A stretch of 63,023 nt of DNA, counting the filler, from Chiloscyllium plagiosum (taxonomy: Eukaryota): assembly GCF_004010195.1 (NCBI RefSeq). It is 4 parts of one record of this genome, joined end to end, with 100 filler letters (N's around TTAATTAATTAA, not from the genome) between each part and the next. Parts side by side here need not be neighbours in the genome. Positions count along the whole stretch, not along the records: positions 1 to 18,186 come from NC_057716.1; positions 18,287 to 37,544 come from NC_057716.1; 2 more parts are not named here. One strand, written 5' to 3'. Position numbers and translations under genes: made by a program. Shown piece by piece: positions 13,046 to 25,699 of this stretch. How positions within the stretch are numbered: position 1 is the first letter of the stretch; each line of letters starts with the position of its first letter. The notes below the pieces were generated by a model that was given only the letters and a program-made list of their open reading frames with translations, was not told the origin of the DNA and did no database searches.

Positions 13046-13139
13046 CAGTTGTGCAGTGAACATTGCTTCAGTTTCTGCAGCAGGGGGACCGGTGACAGAG
13101 ATGGCTGGGGGCTGCTGGAAGGTTGAATGTAGTGATATA

Positions 13140-15640
13140 TTTGGGCAGCAGCTGACTCGAGACACTACACGTGTCTCATATCCCACCCATCCTCTTCTTG
13201 TAACCAAAAAAAGGTGGTGTGCTGATAAAGTAAAGCTTTTCTGTGTCGTTTTTGTTTTGTGATTGGTGAAAAACTGCATTTATTTTCTTTTTTAGTGTAC
13301 GTTTTACGTGATTATTTGAAATAAAGCAGATCAGAGAAGTATTAGAAGTTAATTAACCTCATAATGTTGCATAAACAAATAAAAATCTTAATAAAGTAAA
13401 GATATCTGGGCAGATGATGTGCTGCAGCTGTGTGATGTGGGAGCTGATTGATCACATAATGAACTTTAGTGACCACATCTGCAGCAAGTGTTGGTCGGTG
13501 GAGGTAATCCGGCTCGGAATTGACAGTCTAGAATATTAGCTTCAAATTATGTGGCACTCCAGGGCGAGGCAGCGTTAACTGGACACTTTGATTCAGGAGG
13601 CAGTCACACGTAGAACATTACATAATTCAAAATCAGTTAGTGATCAGGGATAACTCTGTGTAATTGCAAGTGAGGCAGGCAAGGTGATCGTGAGTTCAGG
13701 AATGGAGGAGGATCTTTTCTTGACCATATCCACCAGGTATGAAATGCTTGCTCCCTTGTGGATAACGAAGAGGGCTGGGGGAGGGTGAACCAGCTGAGCA
13801 CGGCACCATGGTGCGTAAGGACATTCAAGAGGGGGAGCAAAAAGAAAACTGGTAATTAAATGGGATGCGATAATTAGTGGGATCGATAGTATCCTTTGCA
13901 AGCTGAAGCAGACTCAGACCCAGAAAGTGTGTTGCTTGCCCAGTACCAAGTTGCAGCATATCTCCTTCCAGCTTGAAAGATATTGGAATGGGACCGAGTG
14001 GAATCAATTGTTGTGGTCCACGTTGGGACTAACAACACAGACAAGGCCGGGAAGGAGAATCAGTTTGGGGATTATCAAGCACTGTGAGCAAAATCAAGGA
14101 ACAGGTCCTCAAGGGTTATATTCTCCAGATTACTGCCCGAGCCGGGTGAAAATTCGCTGATGGTAAAGAAAATTCCGGATGCAAACGTGCCTAAAGGAGC
14201 AGTGTTGGAAAGTTAAAGCTCCATTTCATTGGGCATTGGCTTCAGTTTTGGAACAGTAGAGACCTGTACTGATACATGATTTCCGCCTGAACCGACGTGG
14301 AACCAGAGTTCCAGCGAAACCAATAAATTGCACGGTGAGCAGGACTTTAAACACGTGAGCTGGGGGAAGGGAAAGGGAAAACCACACGAAATATGATGGT
14401 AAATGAAAAGGTAAGCAGCAGGTGAGCGTGTGTGCTGGATGCTTAAAGTTCAAGGCACACTACCAAAGAAGGAAAAAGGAGTGATAACTAGTGAGATATT
14501 CCTTGAGTATGTAGACATCATTGAGGTAAGGAAACAACATAAGGACACTTTCACTGAATGTTCGTAGTATTTGCAACAAGATCAAAGAGTTAACAGTCAA
14601 ATTATCGCGAATGAATATGAGTTAGTAGCCATTACGTAGTCATGGTTGCAGGATGGTTATGACCAGGAGTTTAATATTGAGGGGAATCAGTCAATTCGGA
14701 AAAGCAAACAATAAGGCAAGGGAGGTAGCGTCCCTCTGATGTAAAAGGACGACACCAGAGTGATGCTGAGAGATGATATAGGTTCTATGGACAATAAGTT
14801 TGGAACTATTTGGGTGGAAATTAGAATTTCGTTGAACAAAGAAAAATCACTGATAGGCATAGTTTTTCAGCAACTAAATAATAACATCACGTTTGGGCCG
14901 GCAACAAACAAAGAAATAACTTATGCTTGTAAAAGTTTCACGGCTGCTTTCATGAGGGATTTTAATCTACATTTCAATTGTTCGTACAAGCTCGGTCAGG
15001 GTAGTCTTGAGGAGGAGAGTGTTGAGTTTATCGTTGATAGTTTTCTAGAACAATGTGTAATGGAACCAACAAGAAAGTAAGCTATCTTAAATCTGGTCCT
15101 GTGTAATGCTATAGGAATAATTAGTTTCCTCATGGTTAAGGATCCTCTTGGAAGGAGCGATCTCAGTCTGGTTAAATTTAGAATACAGTTGGAGCGTGTG
15201 AAGATAATATGCAGTACCATGATCAAATGCTTAAATGAAGGAGACGGCAACAGAATGAGGGAGGACACAGCTAAGGTAGATTGGAAACAAAAATTTTAAG
15301 TTGGGACAGTTGACAGTACAGGAATTTCAAGCTTTTTTCTAAGTAATCATCAAAAATATCTCCCACTGTAAAGGGAGGACTACACGAAAAGGGAACATCA
15401 GCCATGGATTTCAAAGGAAAGAAGGGAGGCTGCCAATTGAAAGAGGACGCATACAAAATGGCTAAGAGCAGCAGGAAAAAAGAAGTCTTGAAAAACGATA
15501 AAGATCAGCAGAAAACCACGAAAGGACCTATAGGGAACGTGAAAAAAGCACAGAATGCAACGACAGATAGCAAAAGTTTCCATCAATATATAAAATGGAA
15601 ATAAAACGTGGAGATGTTAAATGTTGGTCCATTGTGCTGA
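13140..15640 (+). mobile_element. 5' half of a CR1 LINE (5' UTR, ORF1 zinc finger and SGNH-esterase-like region, ORF2 endonuclease), decayed
   Basis: MMCCSCVMWE...HICSKC at ~13415-13490; GDSIIRGID-like at ~13860; LNVRSI at ~14555; RDFNL and FLEQCVMEPTR in ORF 14760-15080; many stops. Confidence 0.85.
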
Positions 15641-16849
15641 GTCTAACAATAATCTGTTACAATGTCATTTTCATTGAGTGTGAAAGACGGATGTTCTGCA
15701 CGAGGCCGAGGTAGATTCCAAGCACTATCTTACCTCGTTATTAACTACCCACCCAACCCCTTGGTCTCGCTCTCATTCAGTGCCAGCCCAATTCTCCCAC
15801 ATGGAGGTACTCACCATTACGATTTCCCGGATGCCCCTGGATATTACGTGATTCCTGGCACTGGTGCGATCTTTAAAAGCACAATGGGCACACGGTTGAC
15901 ATTCTAGTTCGGAGCTGCCGAGGACAGCGCAGTCCGTGTGTCGCAGATAAGGAACAATTACACCACAATTTGTTGACAGGTGTACAGAGGTCTCAACGGA
16001 TGGTCCCAGAGAAGGGCCATTACAATCCCATACGAAGCCACACCACCAAACCCACCAAGCATGGTCTGAGCTCACCACCCAACCGAGTGCAGTATCTGTG
16101 GTCTGAAGAAATGTCCAGCAATACAGAACAAGTCCGAATAACCTTTGCTGCTCTGTCTGGATAAGTATCAACATATTTTCCCTGCTCTCTCACACTCATT
16201 GCATATCTGTTAAAACACCAACCCCAAACAAGGCTCATGCTCCACCGCTCTCTCAACTGCATGCAGCACCTTGCATCTCTCACTCTCCAATATTCCATCA
16301 CCGCCCATCTACCCCACCCACCGAACACCGCACCGTGCACACTAACAACACTGCATGCACACAACACTGCGCACTGAGTCATTCTGGACACCTCACCTTT
16401 CCCCTTGAAACACCTGTACCAGTGCTAACAGCACGGACACCCACTTTCACCCTCAGTCCCTCTCTCCTTTCACCCATTCCAGAAGAAACAATCCGTTGAA
16501 GGTTAGAAAGAACCAAGTCGTTTGGTTGATAACGCAATATCTCTTCTCTCACGCCCTCTCCCACCGCCATGTTGGGAAGACACCGCCACGAGCCAGAGAG
16601 GACCATAATGACTTCTCTGGAGATTCTGAAACATCAACGTCCCACCACCTGAGTAAGGAGCAATGTTCAGTAAAACACATGTCTCAATTTAACACAGGCA
16701 CTTTCCTTTTCCTGGGCACAACCTCAAAGTTATAGCCCGAATGCAATCTACGTTTTGTGTTGAGCTGGAACAACTGGAATCTCCACCGTCTTGTTAACCA
16801 GGCGGGTGGAGTCACAACGTATTGGCTTCACCATTTCCCATGCAGGGAG

Positions 16850-17160
16850 CACGGATGCTCCCTCCTGCACCTTCTACTGTAAACAGCTCAGGTACTGACA
16901 TTAAGCAGCTATATTTACTGCTCCCACCACTTATCCTGATACCTTCACATCTGTGCTCATATACAACCAACATTCTCTGCTCCTGCAACTCCTTTTCGAA
17001 TGTACAGAGTATCTTAAATTGTTTTTCAATAGGCTTCTTACCAAAGTGCACCATCTCACACTGCTGTGCATTGATCTTCATCTATTGAATACCTGAATAC
17101 TTAACTAACTTGTCGCTGCCCTGTTCGAGTTCAACACTGTTCTCCAATTCTTCAAAGCAT
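16850..17160 (-). mobile_element. CR1 fragment
   Basis: ORF 16812-17081 MKINAQQCEMVHFGKK resembles the CR1 MxFNxxKCEVxHFG motif. Confidence 0.65.
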
Positions 17161-17287
17161 TGAGATTGACAGAGAGTCAAAGTCCAAACTGACCCACTGA
17201 ATTCCTGCCACACTCACTCGTGCAAGAAGGTGAAATAATGATATCGTCCCACGGAGTCAGTCAAATATTGGCATGCTTTCAAAGGAG

Positions 17288-17508
17288 AAAATGTGTTGCT
17301 GGAAAAGCGCAGCAGGTCATGCAACATCCAAGAAGCAGAAGAATCGACGTTTTGGGCATAAGCTCTTCTTCAGGAAAGCCCTGAAGAAGGGCTCATGCCC
17401 GAACTGTCGATTCTCCTGCTCCTTGGATGCTGCCTGACCTGCTGCACTTTTCCAGCAACACATTTTCAGCACTGATCTCCAGCATCTGCAGTCCTCACGA
17501 TCTCCTAG
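17288..17508. mobile_element. Penelope-derived fold-back element with two mutated hammerhead cores and a 15-bp TSD
   Basis: ATGCTTTCAAAGGAG at 17273-17287 and 17509-17523; inverted arms centred at ~17377; cores at 17346-17373 (minus) and 17381-17408 (plus). Confidence 0.9.
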
Positions 17509-17819
17509 ATGCTTTCAAAGGAGCAAGTCACATCCTGACACATTCCAGACAGAGTGAATGAAATATTGACAATCCACGGCGCAAGAGGAATCCTGATAGG
17601 CTCCCCTTAACTGCATTGGCATCAATATATTTATGTGTACATATCTATTTGTCTGTGTGGGGCACGTCTGACAGTCCCTGTGTTATTTAAACTGATGCAA
17701 TGCTACCCTCTGCTGGCCGCAACACGCACTGTCACGGGCATTAGCGGAGGGTGGAAACGAACAGGGATTCATTTGGAGAGATAGTGGGGAGGGAAACAGC
17801 TCACAACACTAATCAAATT

Positions 17820-18186
17820 GATTTGTTATCCATGTACTGACGTATATGTCTTTTAAACGTTGTAACTCTACCCACATTCTCCATTTTCTTTGGAATTTCA
17901 TTCCTCACACAAGCCAGTCAGTGTGTAAAATAATTGCGCCTCATATCTTGTTTAAATCTTTACCTATCTAACTTTAAAACATCCCCCAAATCTTGAATCC
18001 CCTACCAAAGGTAAAATACACTTTCCATTCACCTTCTCTGGACCCTTCATGATTTTATAAAACTCTTTAATGTAACTACTAAACTTCCCAATGTCCACTG
18101 AAACATGCCCGAATCTATCCAGCCTCTCCCTTTAACTCAGTCCGTCTATTTCTAGAAACATTCTGGTAAATCTCTTTTCAAACTAC
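17820..18186 (-). mobile_element. CR1 3' fragment running into a gap
   Basis: cccttcatgattttataaaac and ctggtaaatctcttt match other CR1 copies. Confidence 0.7.
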
Positions 18187-18286
18187 NNNNNNNNNNNNNN
18201 NNNNNNNNNNNNNNNNNNNNNNNNNNNNNNTTAATTAATTAANNNNNNNNNNNNNNNNNNNNNNNNNNNNNNNNNNNNNNNNNNNN
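18187..18286. other. Assembly gap with artificial TTAATTAATTAA spacer
   Basis: 44 N + TTAATTAATTAA + 44 N; identical at 37545 and 55239. Confidence 0.97.
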
Positions 18287-18699
18287 GACAAACCAAAACC
18301 CAGAAATACTAATCTATGATCTCTGACCAAATCCATTCAATTTGGGTTAAAATAAACCCAAGGCTTCACAAGGTGTTTACTCAAGTAGTGTTAGCCAGCC
18401 AGCTTGACACCTCTCGTTCAATCTCTCTCTCTTAAAAGTAACCAGGAAAAAATAACAACTTATAGCGTCATCACACTAGCCAGCACATCGAGCAGATAAA
18501 CAGGAAACAGTGTTAACTCAATGAGGACATTCACCCTTTGCAAACGGACAAGGAACAAGCCGTTCAGTAAATTGAATCACAGGCACAGGAGCAGGAGGAA
18601 GTCTTTCATTCCCTTCAATCACTTGTACAAGGAAAGAATGAGGGAATTGATATCCCAACATGACAAAGGATTGGAGCAGAGGCTGCGCAGATAGACAGT

Positions 18700-18985
18700 T
18701 CTACATTCTTCCTCATGCCTCCATTTCTCGTAGTACGTACATGAGACTTGCACGTGATTTTCTGGCAGTGAGGAGGGAAGCCAAATGTTTCCTATGAAGT
18801 TTCAAGAAGGCATCTTCTACTTCCGGTAAATCAGTCTGGTGTTCCGTATGGAGGTCAGAAGCTGGTGGGAATGACTAATTGTTTCAGAAGGAAGATATCG
18901 TGCCTGCAGTCAGGGACTGTGAGCAACATGAAGTTCATTGCTGTATCATGCACCAATTGCACATTCAAATGGGGAGAGTTCATTG
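18700..18985. repeat. Unclassified dispersed repeat, copy 3 (mirror at ~33295-33575)
   Basis: Aligns to 8190-8445; preceded by the ~41-bp units. Confidence 0.6.
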
Positions 18986-19019
18986 AGGCATATAAATTAT
19001 TAGGAATGCCCTATACGAC

Positions 19020-19235
19020 AGATGGATGGACTATCTAACTTCAAATAATGGTGATCTTGCTCATGTTAATCTCGTCTTGTGCACATCTTGTGCAATGTCA
19101 TCTATCTGCTTTCCTCTGTCTAAGTTTATTTTCTCTGTATGATCTGTACGTCATTGCTGACTATGGTACGCCTGTACCTATCACAAAAAAACCTTCTCAC
19201 TATATATTGGTACACGTGACAATAAATGACATAAT
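19020..19235 (+). mobile_element. LINE 3' UTR, Rex1/Babar-like (mirror at ~33045-33260)
   Basis: Ends ctcactatatattggtacacgtgacAATAAA, the terminal stem plus poly(A) signal pattern I recall for this clade. Confidence 0.5.
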
Positions 19236-19559
19236 TCAGTCAAGTATCGAATTTCTCACCCTATCAATATCTCTTTCGGAAATAAGTGATCATGTCTCAC
19301 CCTCAGGTTTCAATGCAAGCTTATCGTCTTCTCTCAAAGCATAACAGATTACACAATCAGTTTCTCCACGCTCTCCTCATAGTACCATCATCCGTTTCTG
19401 CAGTGAGGACATCGTTCCTTATCAAGGAGATCAAATCAGTGCACAGTGCCTCAAATACTATTTCATCACGACTTTACAATTGCAGGAACATGAATTCACT
19501 TAGGTACTTGAATCATCTTACATTGAAGGACAACAAACCATTTACTGCTGTCATTACTT

Positions 19560-20355
19560 ATGCAAGGTTTGTTAAGGAGTCGTCAGCATGGTTTGTGAGT
19601 GGAAGACCATGCCATTAAAATTTATTAGAGGTTTTGATAAAGTGAAAAAGAATATTTACCAGGGCAGGGCGGTAGGATTGGTCTTTATGGATTTCAGTCA
19701 GGCCTTTGTCAATAGCTCACATTGAATTGAGGTGGAGCTGGCAAATTGGACACCCAATTGTCGACATGGTAAGAAAGAGAGGGTACTAATGGGAGATTCC
19801 TTGTCGGACTGGTGGCCTATTACCAGTGGATTGTTTCAGGGATCGGTGCTGGTCCCATTGCTGCTTGTGATCTATATCCATGATTTGGATGTGAATGTTA
19901 CAAGGCATGATTAGTAAGTTATCGGATGGCACTAAAATAGGTGATATTGTAACAAGCCTTGATGAGTTGGGGAAGTAGGCCGAGAAATAGCAAATGGTGT
20001 TCAATATAGGTAAATGTAAGATCTTGAATTTTGGGAAGTAAAATCGAGGTGGGAGTTTCATGGTAAATAGTAGGGCCTCAAGGAGTGGAGCAGAAGTATG
20101 TTGGCGATCAAATACATGTTTATCTGAAAGTGGACTCACCAGTAGGCATGGCAGTGAAGAATGATTTTGGCGCACTGGCATTCATCAGTCAGGGAACGCT
20201 GCACAGAAGTTGGGAGATTATTTTGCAGTTATATAAGACATCGGCGATGCTGTACTTGAAGAATCGGGTTCAGTATTGGTCACGTTGCTATATAGGTCAG
20301 ATGTTATTAATCTGGAAATAGTGCAGAAGCAATTTCGAACGATGTTGCCAGGTGT
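19560..20355 (+). mobile_element. CR1 RT fragment (mirror at ~31870-32720)
   Basis: MDFSQAF, TSGLFQGSVLVPLLLVIYIHDLD, LQLYKT...VQYWS. Confidence 0.88.
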
Positions 20356-21689
20356 AATGCAAAATTAACATCGATTGTGAAATACGGAAAAGAATACTTT
20401 ACGAAGCATTACAGACAGACAGAAAAAATGTAAAGGTTAAACCGATAGTAAGGAATTACAAAGACAGTAAACTATCATGTCAACAGTCAATGAATGAGAA
20501 ACACAACTCCATATGTGGAAAGGAGCTCGAAAGTTCCAAGCTCTTGGCCTTGAAATATGATAAGGAAAAGTTAAGTATAGTATAAAGAGAGTATGCGATA
20601 GTTATTCAGGCAACGCTTACATGAGGCATTTTGCCAAATGCATTGAATCGACCCTGCCGAGTCCGAAATAAAATCTTTTCTTTGCTCTCGCTAGCATTTG
20701 ATTCAAGTCTGTTTATTTTCCAGGACAGTAAACTTAGAGGTTCGTCCGGGATCCCGCGCCTGGGTAAGATTCTATAGATTCCCGGGCGGTGTAGGCACCA
20801 GCGCCTGAAAGGACTCTTCATGTGAACTCACTGGTTACAAAGGCACAACAATTTATCTTCTACTTCACGCAACTTATACAATTGGTATGACGGTGGAGGA
20901 TAGCTAATGAATGCAACAGGAATCAGAAGAGGCAATAGGACGGTCAGCTTGTTAATACCATAACAGAATATTCCAAGAGATTTTTTTTAGATGTAAACAG
21001 GGAAACAATATCAAATATTGTACTGCTAGAAAATGTGCCTGGAGTAGTTCGTGGGATAGAAAGAAATGTCAAGAGGGTTTGAATTGATAGTTTGCATCAA
21101 GCTTCACAGTGGAACATATCAGCAGCCTGCCAGAACTTTAAGATGGACAGGGCACAGAGAAGAGTGAAGAGACCACTACTTCGGAGAAGGTGCTGTTGAA
21201 GCCGAGAAGTCTGAATGTGAATAATTGACCCAGACCAAATGGTTTTCATCCCCTAGTTCGAAGCATATAGCTGAGGAGGTTGTTGAGGTATTGTTAGTGG
21301 TATTTCAGAAACCACTGTAGTCAGCGGGGGCCTCAGAAGAATGGCAAACGTAACCAGTACCACCTCCACGCCCCGGTTAAGGAGCGAGGGATGCAGAAGA
21401 CAGAAAATTACAGTTGACCAGGCAAATTGAAATTGCTGTGGTGAAGGCTTCGTGGATTCTTGTGTTTCTGAACAGAAGCATAGAGTATGAAAACAAGGAA
21501 GTTACTGAGTATATTGTAAATTGCAGTTGAAATTAAGCAAAGCAGTTTGGAGCAAGCATGTGCATATGTGACAAACGAACATTTAACTCGAAACTGTTGT
21601 TCGGATGCGGGGAAATGACTGTGACTAAATAGATTTTAATACTGTTAAAAAAGCACGACTGAAGTTGTTGCTGGGGAGGCCCCTATGTA

Positions 21690-22440
21690 GTCCGTTTCGA
21701 AGACGAAACAACGCCAGATATTTGAAAAGATCGCTGACTCATCCCACATTTCTGAGCAACCCAACATACATCTTCCAGATGAAGCATTATTTTGCTTGCA
21801 TTCGTTCATTCCAGTCTCCTGTCATTGCTGCTCACAATGCAGGAATTGGGGAAAGCAAACATAAAATGCATTGAGGAACGCATCAACTCTGTCCGTCGGA
21901 ATAACACTGGCATTTGTATTGTTTCTCATTTCAATAACTCACCTTGCACTGAAGCTAAATTTTCGTTCCTGGGGTGCTGCAATGTTCCAATGAAGCACAA
22001 CTCAACCACGAGTAACTCCTCACTTTACGCTTTGGTACGTTACACCCTGTAGAAGTTTATATTAAATTTCATAACTTCACAGGCTGACATCATCAAGACT
22101 TTTGTGCACTTTCACACATTCTCCTTCGCGGTCTCCCTGTGACCTTGTCTTGTTTATATTGCCTACAATGGAATGAATCCAGTTCCTCCATTCTCATCTC
22201 CCATTACACGTATTTGACATCTGCTCGCTGTCACCACAATTAAAAACCCGTTTGACTTTTGTACTGCACATACACAAACACTGTTTCCTATCACTCCCTC
22301 CTCCGCTGCTGTGACGGTATTAAAAACCACGTTTTCCTATTCTTTCCAGTTCTGAACAAGAGTTACACGAGACTTCAAACGATAACTCTCTGTTTCTCTG
22401 TCTCCGCTGATGGTGCCAGACCTGCTGAGTTCCTCCAGAA
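21690..22440 (+). mobile_element. Penelope-like element 3' end: decayed GIY-YIG endonuclease region plus terminal repeat with a decayed hammerhead
   Basis: Frameshifted reading FQMKHYF...IGESKHK...RINSVRRNNTGICIVSHFNN...GTLHP...IKFHNF; then CTGAAcA-AGAGT...ACTT-cAAACG at 22352-22384 and gatggtgccagacctgctgagttcctccag. Confidence 0.75.
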
Positions 22441-22689
22441 ATAAACAAAGCAATATTTTAATAAAGCAAAGAACTGAGAATACTGGAATTCTGAAGAAAA
22501 ACAAATCATTGCAGGATAATCTAGTAGTATTAAAAATTTATCTTTGTGCCTGAAAGATTAACTCTGTCTTTACTTCACGGATGCGCCACACCTATTTAGT
22601 TTCGCCAACAATTGTTCTTGAACGAGTTACAAAGTTTTGTGACAAAGCCCCTCTATCACGCTGTCGAACATGGAGCGCCATACGTAAGA

Positions 22690-23285
22690 ACTAAGCGCAG
22701 GCCATCTCTATCTTCGAGACTGATACACCATTTAATAAGATCATGGCTAATCATTTCGTGGACTCAGATCCACTTACCCGCACTCTCACCTAACCCCTTC
22801 ATTCGTTTATTGTTTTAAAAGTATCTATCATCGCTTTAAAAACGTTTACTGAAGTAATGTCAACTACTTGACTGGGCAATGATTAACAATCCTGTGGGCG
22901 AGGAAGTCCCTTTTCAATACAGTCCTAAATATGCTCTTCGAATCTTGAGTCTATGCGTTCATGTCATAGCTTTACTTGCAAAAGGAAATATACTCTCTGC
23001 ATCTATCTTATATTTTCCATTCATAATTTTATATTTTGTATAAGATTCCCCCTCAGTCTTTTGAATTTCCGTGAATATAATCAGTGTCTACTAACTCTCT
23101 CCTCATAACCAAACTCACTCAGCACCAGAACCAACGTGGGAAACATACTCTGCACCCTCTCTAATTCCAGTACATCTTCTCAAGCAGAATTGTACGCAGC
23201 ACTCCAGGTGTGGTCTCACTAGCACCCTATAAACCTTCAACATGAACTCCTTGTTTTTAAACCCAATCCCTTCTGCAATGCACGG
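22690..23285 (-). mobile_element. CR1 3' part, degenerate
   Basis: tgtacgcagcactccaggtgtggtctcactagcaccctataaa reads YRVLVRPHLECCVQ on the minus strand. Confidence 0.8.
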
Positions 23286-23409
23286 AATGAGAACGCGAAC
23301 ACAAGATGCAGAAATTGTTTGGTACGAAAACTATATAAGACTTGCATCACTAACACGACAGATCATTTAATCGTGATCAGGGAGAGAAACAGAGGGAAAC
23401 ACACTCCTC

Positions 23410-23930
23410 TTTGGGGGACGAGAGATAAATGGGAGGGGGATGGAGCTGGGAACAATTTAGCTTAGAGTGCTTGTAGGAGGTCGGGTTAAAGTTAATAGGT
23501 CGGAGAGGCTTCAGGGCAGAGGAGAGGACATGGGGAGTACAGTGAGAGAGGGACTCACTGAGATCTACTTAGAGAGAGGAGGAAAACTTCATTAAGGTAG
23601 TCATCCTTGGAACATGCTTAGCTGTAAGGTTAAAATCAACCTGGAGACAGTGAGGACGGCAAATGTTGGAGATCAGCCTTGGGAGTGTGTTGCTGGAAAA
23701 GCACAGCAGGTCGTGAAGCATCTGAGGAGGAGGGAAGCTGACGTTTCGGGCCGGAGCCCTTCATCAAGAATAAGGCTGGGAGCCCCGGGTTGGAGAGATA
23801 AACTCTGAGGTGGGACGGAGGAGAAGGTGGCCTTATTGCTGATTAAGGGCTCTGCCGCAAAACCTCGATGTTCCTGCTCTTCAGATGCTAACTGACCTGC
23901 TGTGTTTTTCCGGTAGCACAATCTCAATCA
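23410..23930 (-). mobile_element. Penelope terminal region with inverted end and a near-intact hammerhead
   Basis: ggagacagtgaggacggcaaatgttggagatcag at 23643; 23740-23767 on the minus strand reads UUGAUGA-A-GGGC-UCCG-GCCC-GAAAC-GUC; decayed opposite arm at 23839-23920. Confidence 0.8.
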
Positions 23931-24109
23931 CCATTTCTGAACAATGTCGAGTTCCCTAAGCAGAGAATAATTACAACCTGACCAATTATCAAACTTTCAG
24001 TCTCATCACGATAGTCAAATTAGTTTAAGTTGTTTTTTTTTACAGAACTGTCAAGCAGCAGAAAGAAAATACTGTTCAGTATGCTTTCCGTAAGCTCCCC
24101 ATGAGGAGA

Positions 24110-24530
24110 TGTTGCTGTCGTGGGAATGTCACTGGATTTTTAATCCAGACCCGGCTAATTCTCTGGCAGCTGGTGGAAATTAAAAGCAGTTAATAAAATG
24201 CTGAGATCTAAAATCTGGGATCAGTAACATGGACCTTTGCTTCACCAACTTTCAGGAAGAAAATCTGACGTGCTTTCCTGGTCTAACCTGAAAGTGACAC
24301 CAGACACACAGCGTGATAAACACTTAATGGTCTCAGAATCAGCCAAGTAATGCATTTAATTTTATCAAACTGCTCCAAGGTTTTAAAGGAAGAAACCGGA
24401 GAGCACACCCATCCCCTTCCTCAATATTGGAAAAGGGATTGGGAAACATAGTCCTGTCAACCGTGAGAGACCTCCTTCACGACATCTAAGAGCTTGTGGC
24501 AACATTAACAGAGCTTTCCTACAGACTGCA
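24110..24530 (+). mobile_element. SINE-like head running into a LINE endonuclease start, decayed
   Basis: Similar to 10612-10960 in reverse; acatctaagagcttgtggcaacattaacagagctttcctacaga resembles an NxxGL...EL endonuclease start. Confidence 0.45.
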
Positions 24531-24699
24531 GAGAAACATCGGGAAAGGTGTAGGTCATTCAACATATTGAACCTCTCCTATTCTAATACATGCCAAACAT
24601 CCCCTCAATTGACTTTTTTCCACACAGTGTACATATCCGTCATTGTGATTAATTGTCAGAAAAATATAAAAATACGAACTGCAGTTCAATTCAATGTTG

Positions 24700-25340
24700 T
24701 GATGACGGATCCTTTATCTCCACACCATACTCTTGCTCTCTCCCCATTCCTTTGGAGTTAAAAAATATTATTTATATTCAGTGCCTTGTTTTGACAGCAT
24801 TATGTGGTGCGAATTTCCCAGTTTAACCGTCTCTGAGTGCAGACGTTTATGCTCATCTCAATGCAGAGTGGCCTGCCAGTAGGTAACACGGTAGCCCGTT
24901 TTTTTAGATGCCCCAGCCAGGAGAACTATCATCCCAGCTTCCAATCTGTCTCGCCCTGTCAGTATTCTATATATTACCTTGAGATCTCCATTCATTTTTC
25001 TAAACCCCATGGAACACAGACCCAGAAGACCCAAACGCTGCTCCCACAACCAGCCTGTCATCCCAGCGATCATTCTGGTCATCCTTCACAGCCCACCCTT
25101 AATGACAGGTTTTCCCTTTATTACGTAAGGAGATAAAAACTGCTAACATGTGCACAATATTCGAGATGAGATCGCACCAACCTGTTCACCTGTAGTAACA
25201 CACCCATACTCTTGTACTCAAATCCATCGTAATTAATGCTTAACACATTATTTATCTTCCTTACTGTTTTCTGGTCATGTAATATTGCTCTTAGTGACTG
25301 GTGTACAAGGAGATCCAGATCATTTTCAATGATACAGCTA
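24700..25340 (-). mobile_element. CR1 3' part, degenerate
   Basis: LVRSHLEYCAH; RLGLLGLCSMGFRKMNGDLKVIYRILTG. Confidence 0.8.
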
Positions 25341-25407
25341 CCCACGTGGTGAGTCTATGTACACTGTCCTTTGTGCCAATCCCATTTCCAGTATTAGGAG
25401 CAAATAA

Positions 25408-25468
25408 GGGCGGTACGTTGCTCAGTGGTTAGCACTGCTGCCTCAGAGCGTCATGGATGTTGGTTCGC
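25408..25468 (+). mobile_element. HE1-type SINE head only
   Basis: ggcggtacgttgctcagtggttagcactgctgcctca. Confidence 0.7.
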
Positions 25469-25475
25469 TGTCTAA

Positions 25476-25580
25476 GGGCTGCTGATGCTGGAAATCAAAG
25501 TCAATACGTATGTTGCTGGGAAAGCACAGCTGGTCAGGCAACATCCGAGGCGTGCGAGAGTCGACATTCCGAACATAATC
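25476..25580 (-). mobile_element. Penelope terminus, single decayed arm
   Basis: ctgctgatgctggaaatcaaagtc...gttgctgggaaagcacagctggtcaggcaacatccgagg. Confidence 0.7.
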
Positions 25581-25699
25581 TGCTGATGTGGTATCATTTG
25601 CAGTAATGACTTCTGGCTTCAGAATTCACTGCCTTGCATGGACCTCGAGGTTTGAACAGAATAATACAAAAAGAAGATCATAAATCCATTTCTCGAATA

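Larger units (their letters stand above)
18287..23123 (+). repeat. Left arm of a ~4.85-kb inverted duplication
   Basis: Reverse complement of 29100-33959; near-identical ORF pairs 22612/29405, 21792/30171, 20606/31401 and 20085/31901. Confidence 0.97.

Noticed and set aside
18231..18242. TTAATTAATTAA palindrome (also at 37589 and 55283)
   Set aside because: It sits centred in identical 44-N flanks three times and gives stops in all six frames, so it is an assembly spacer
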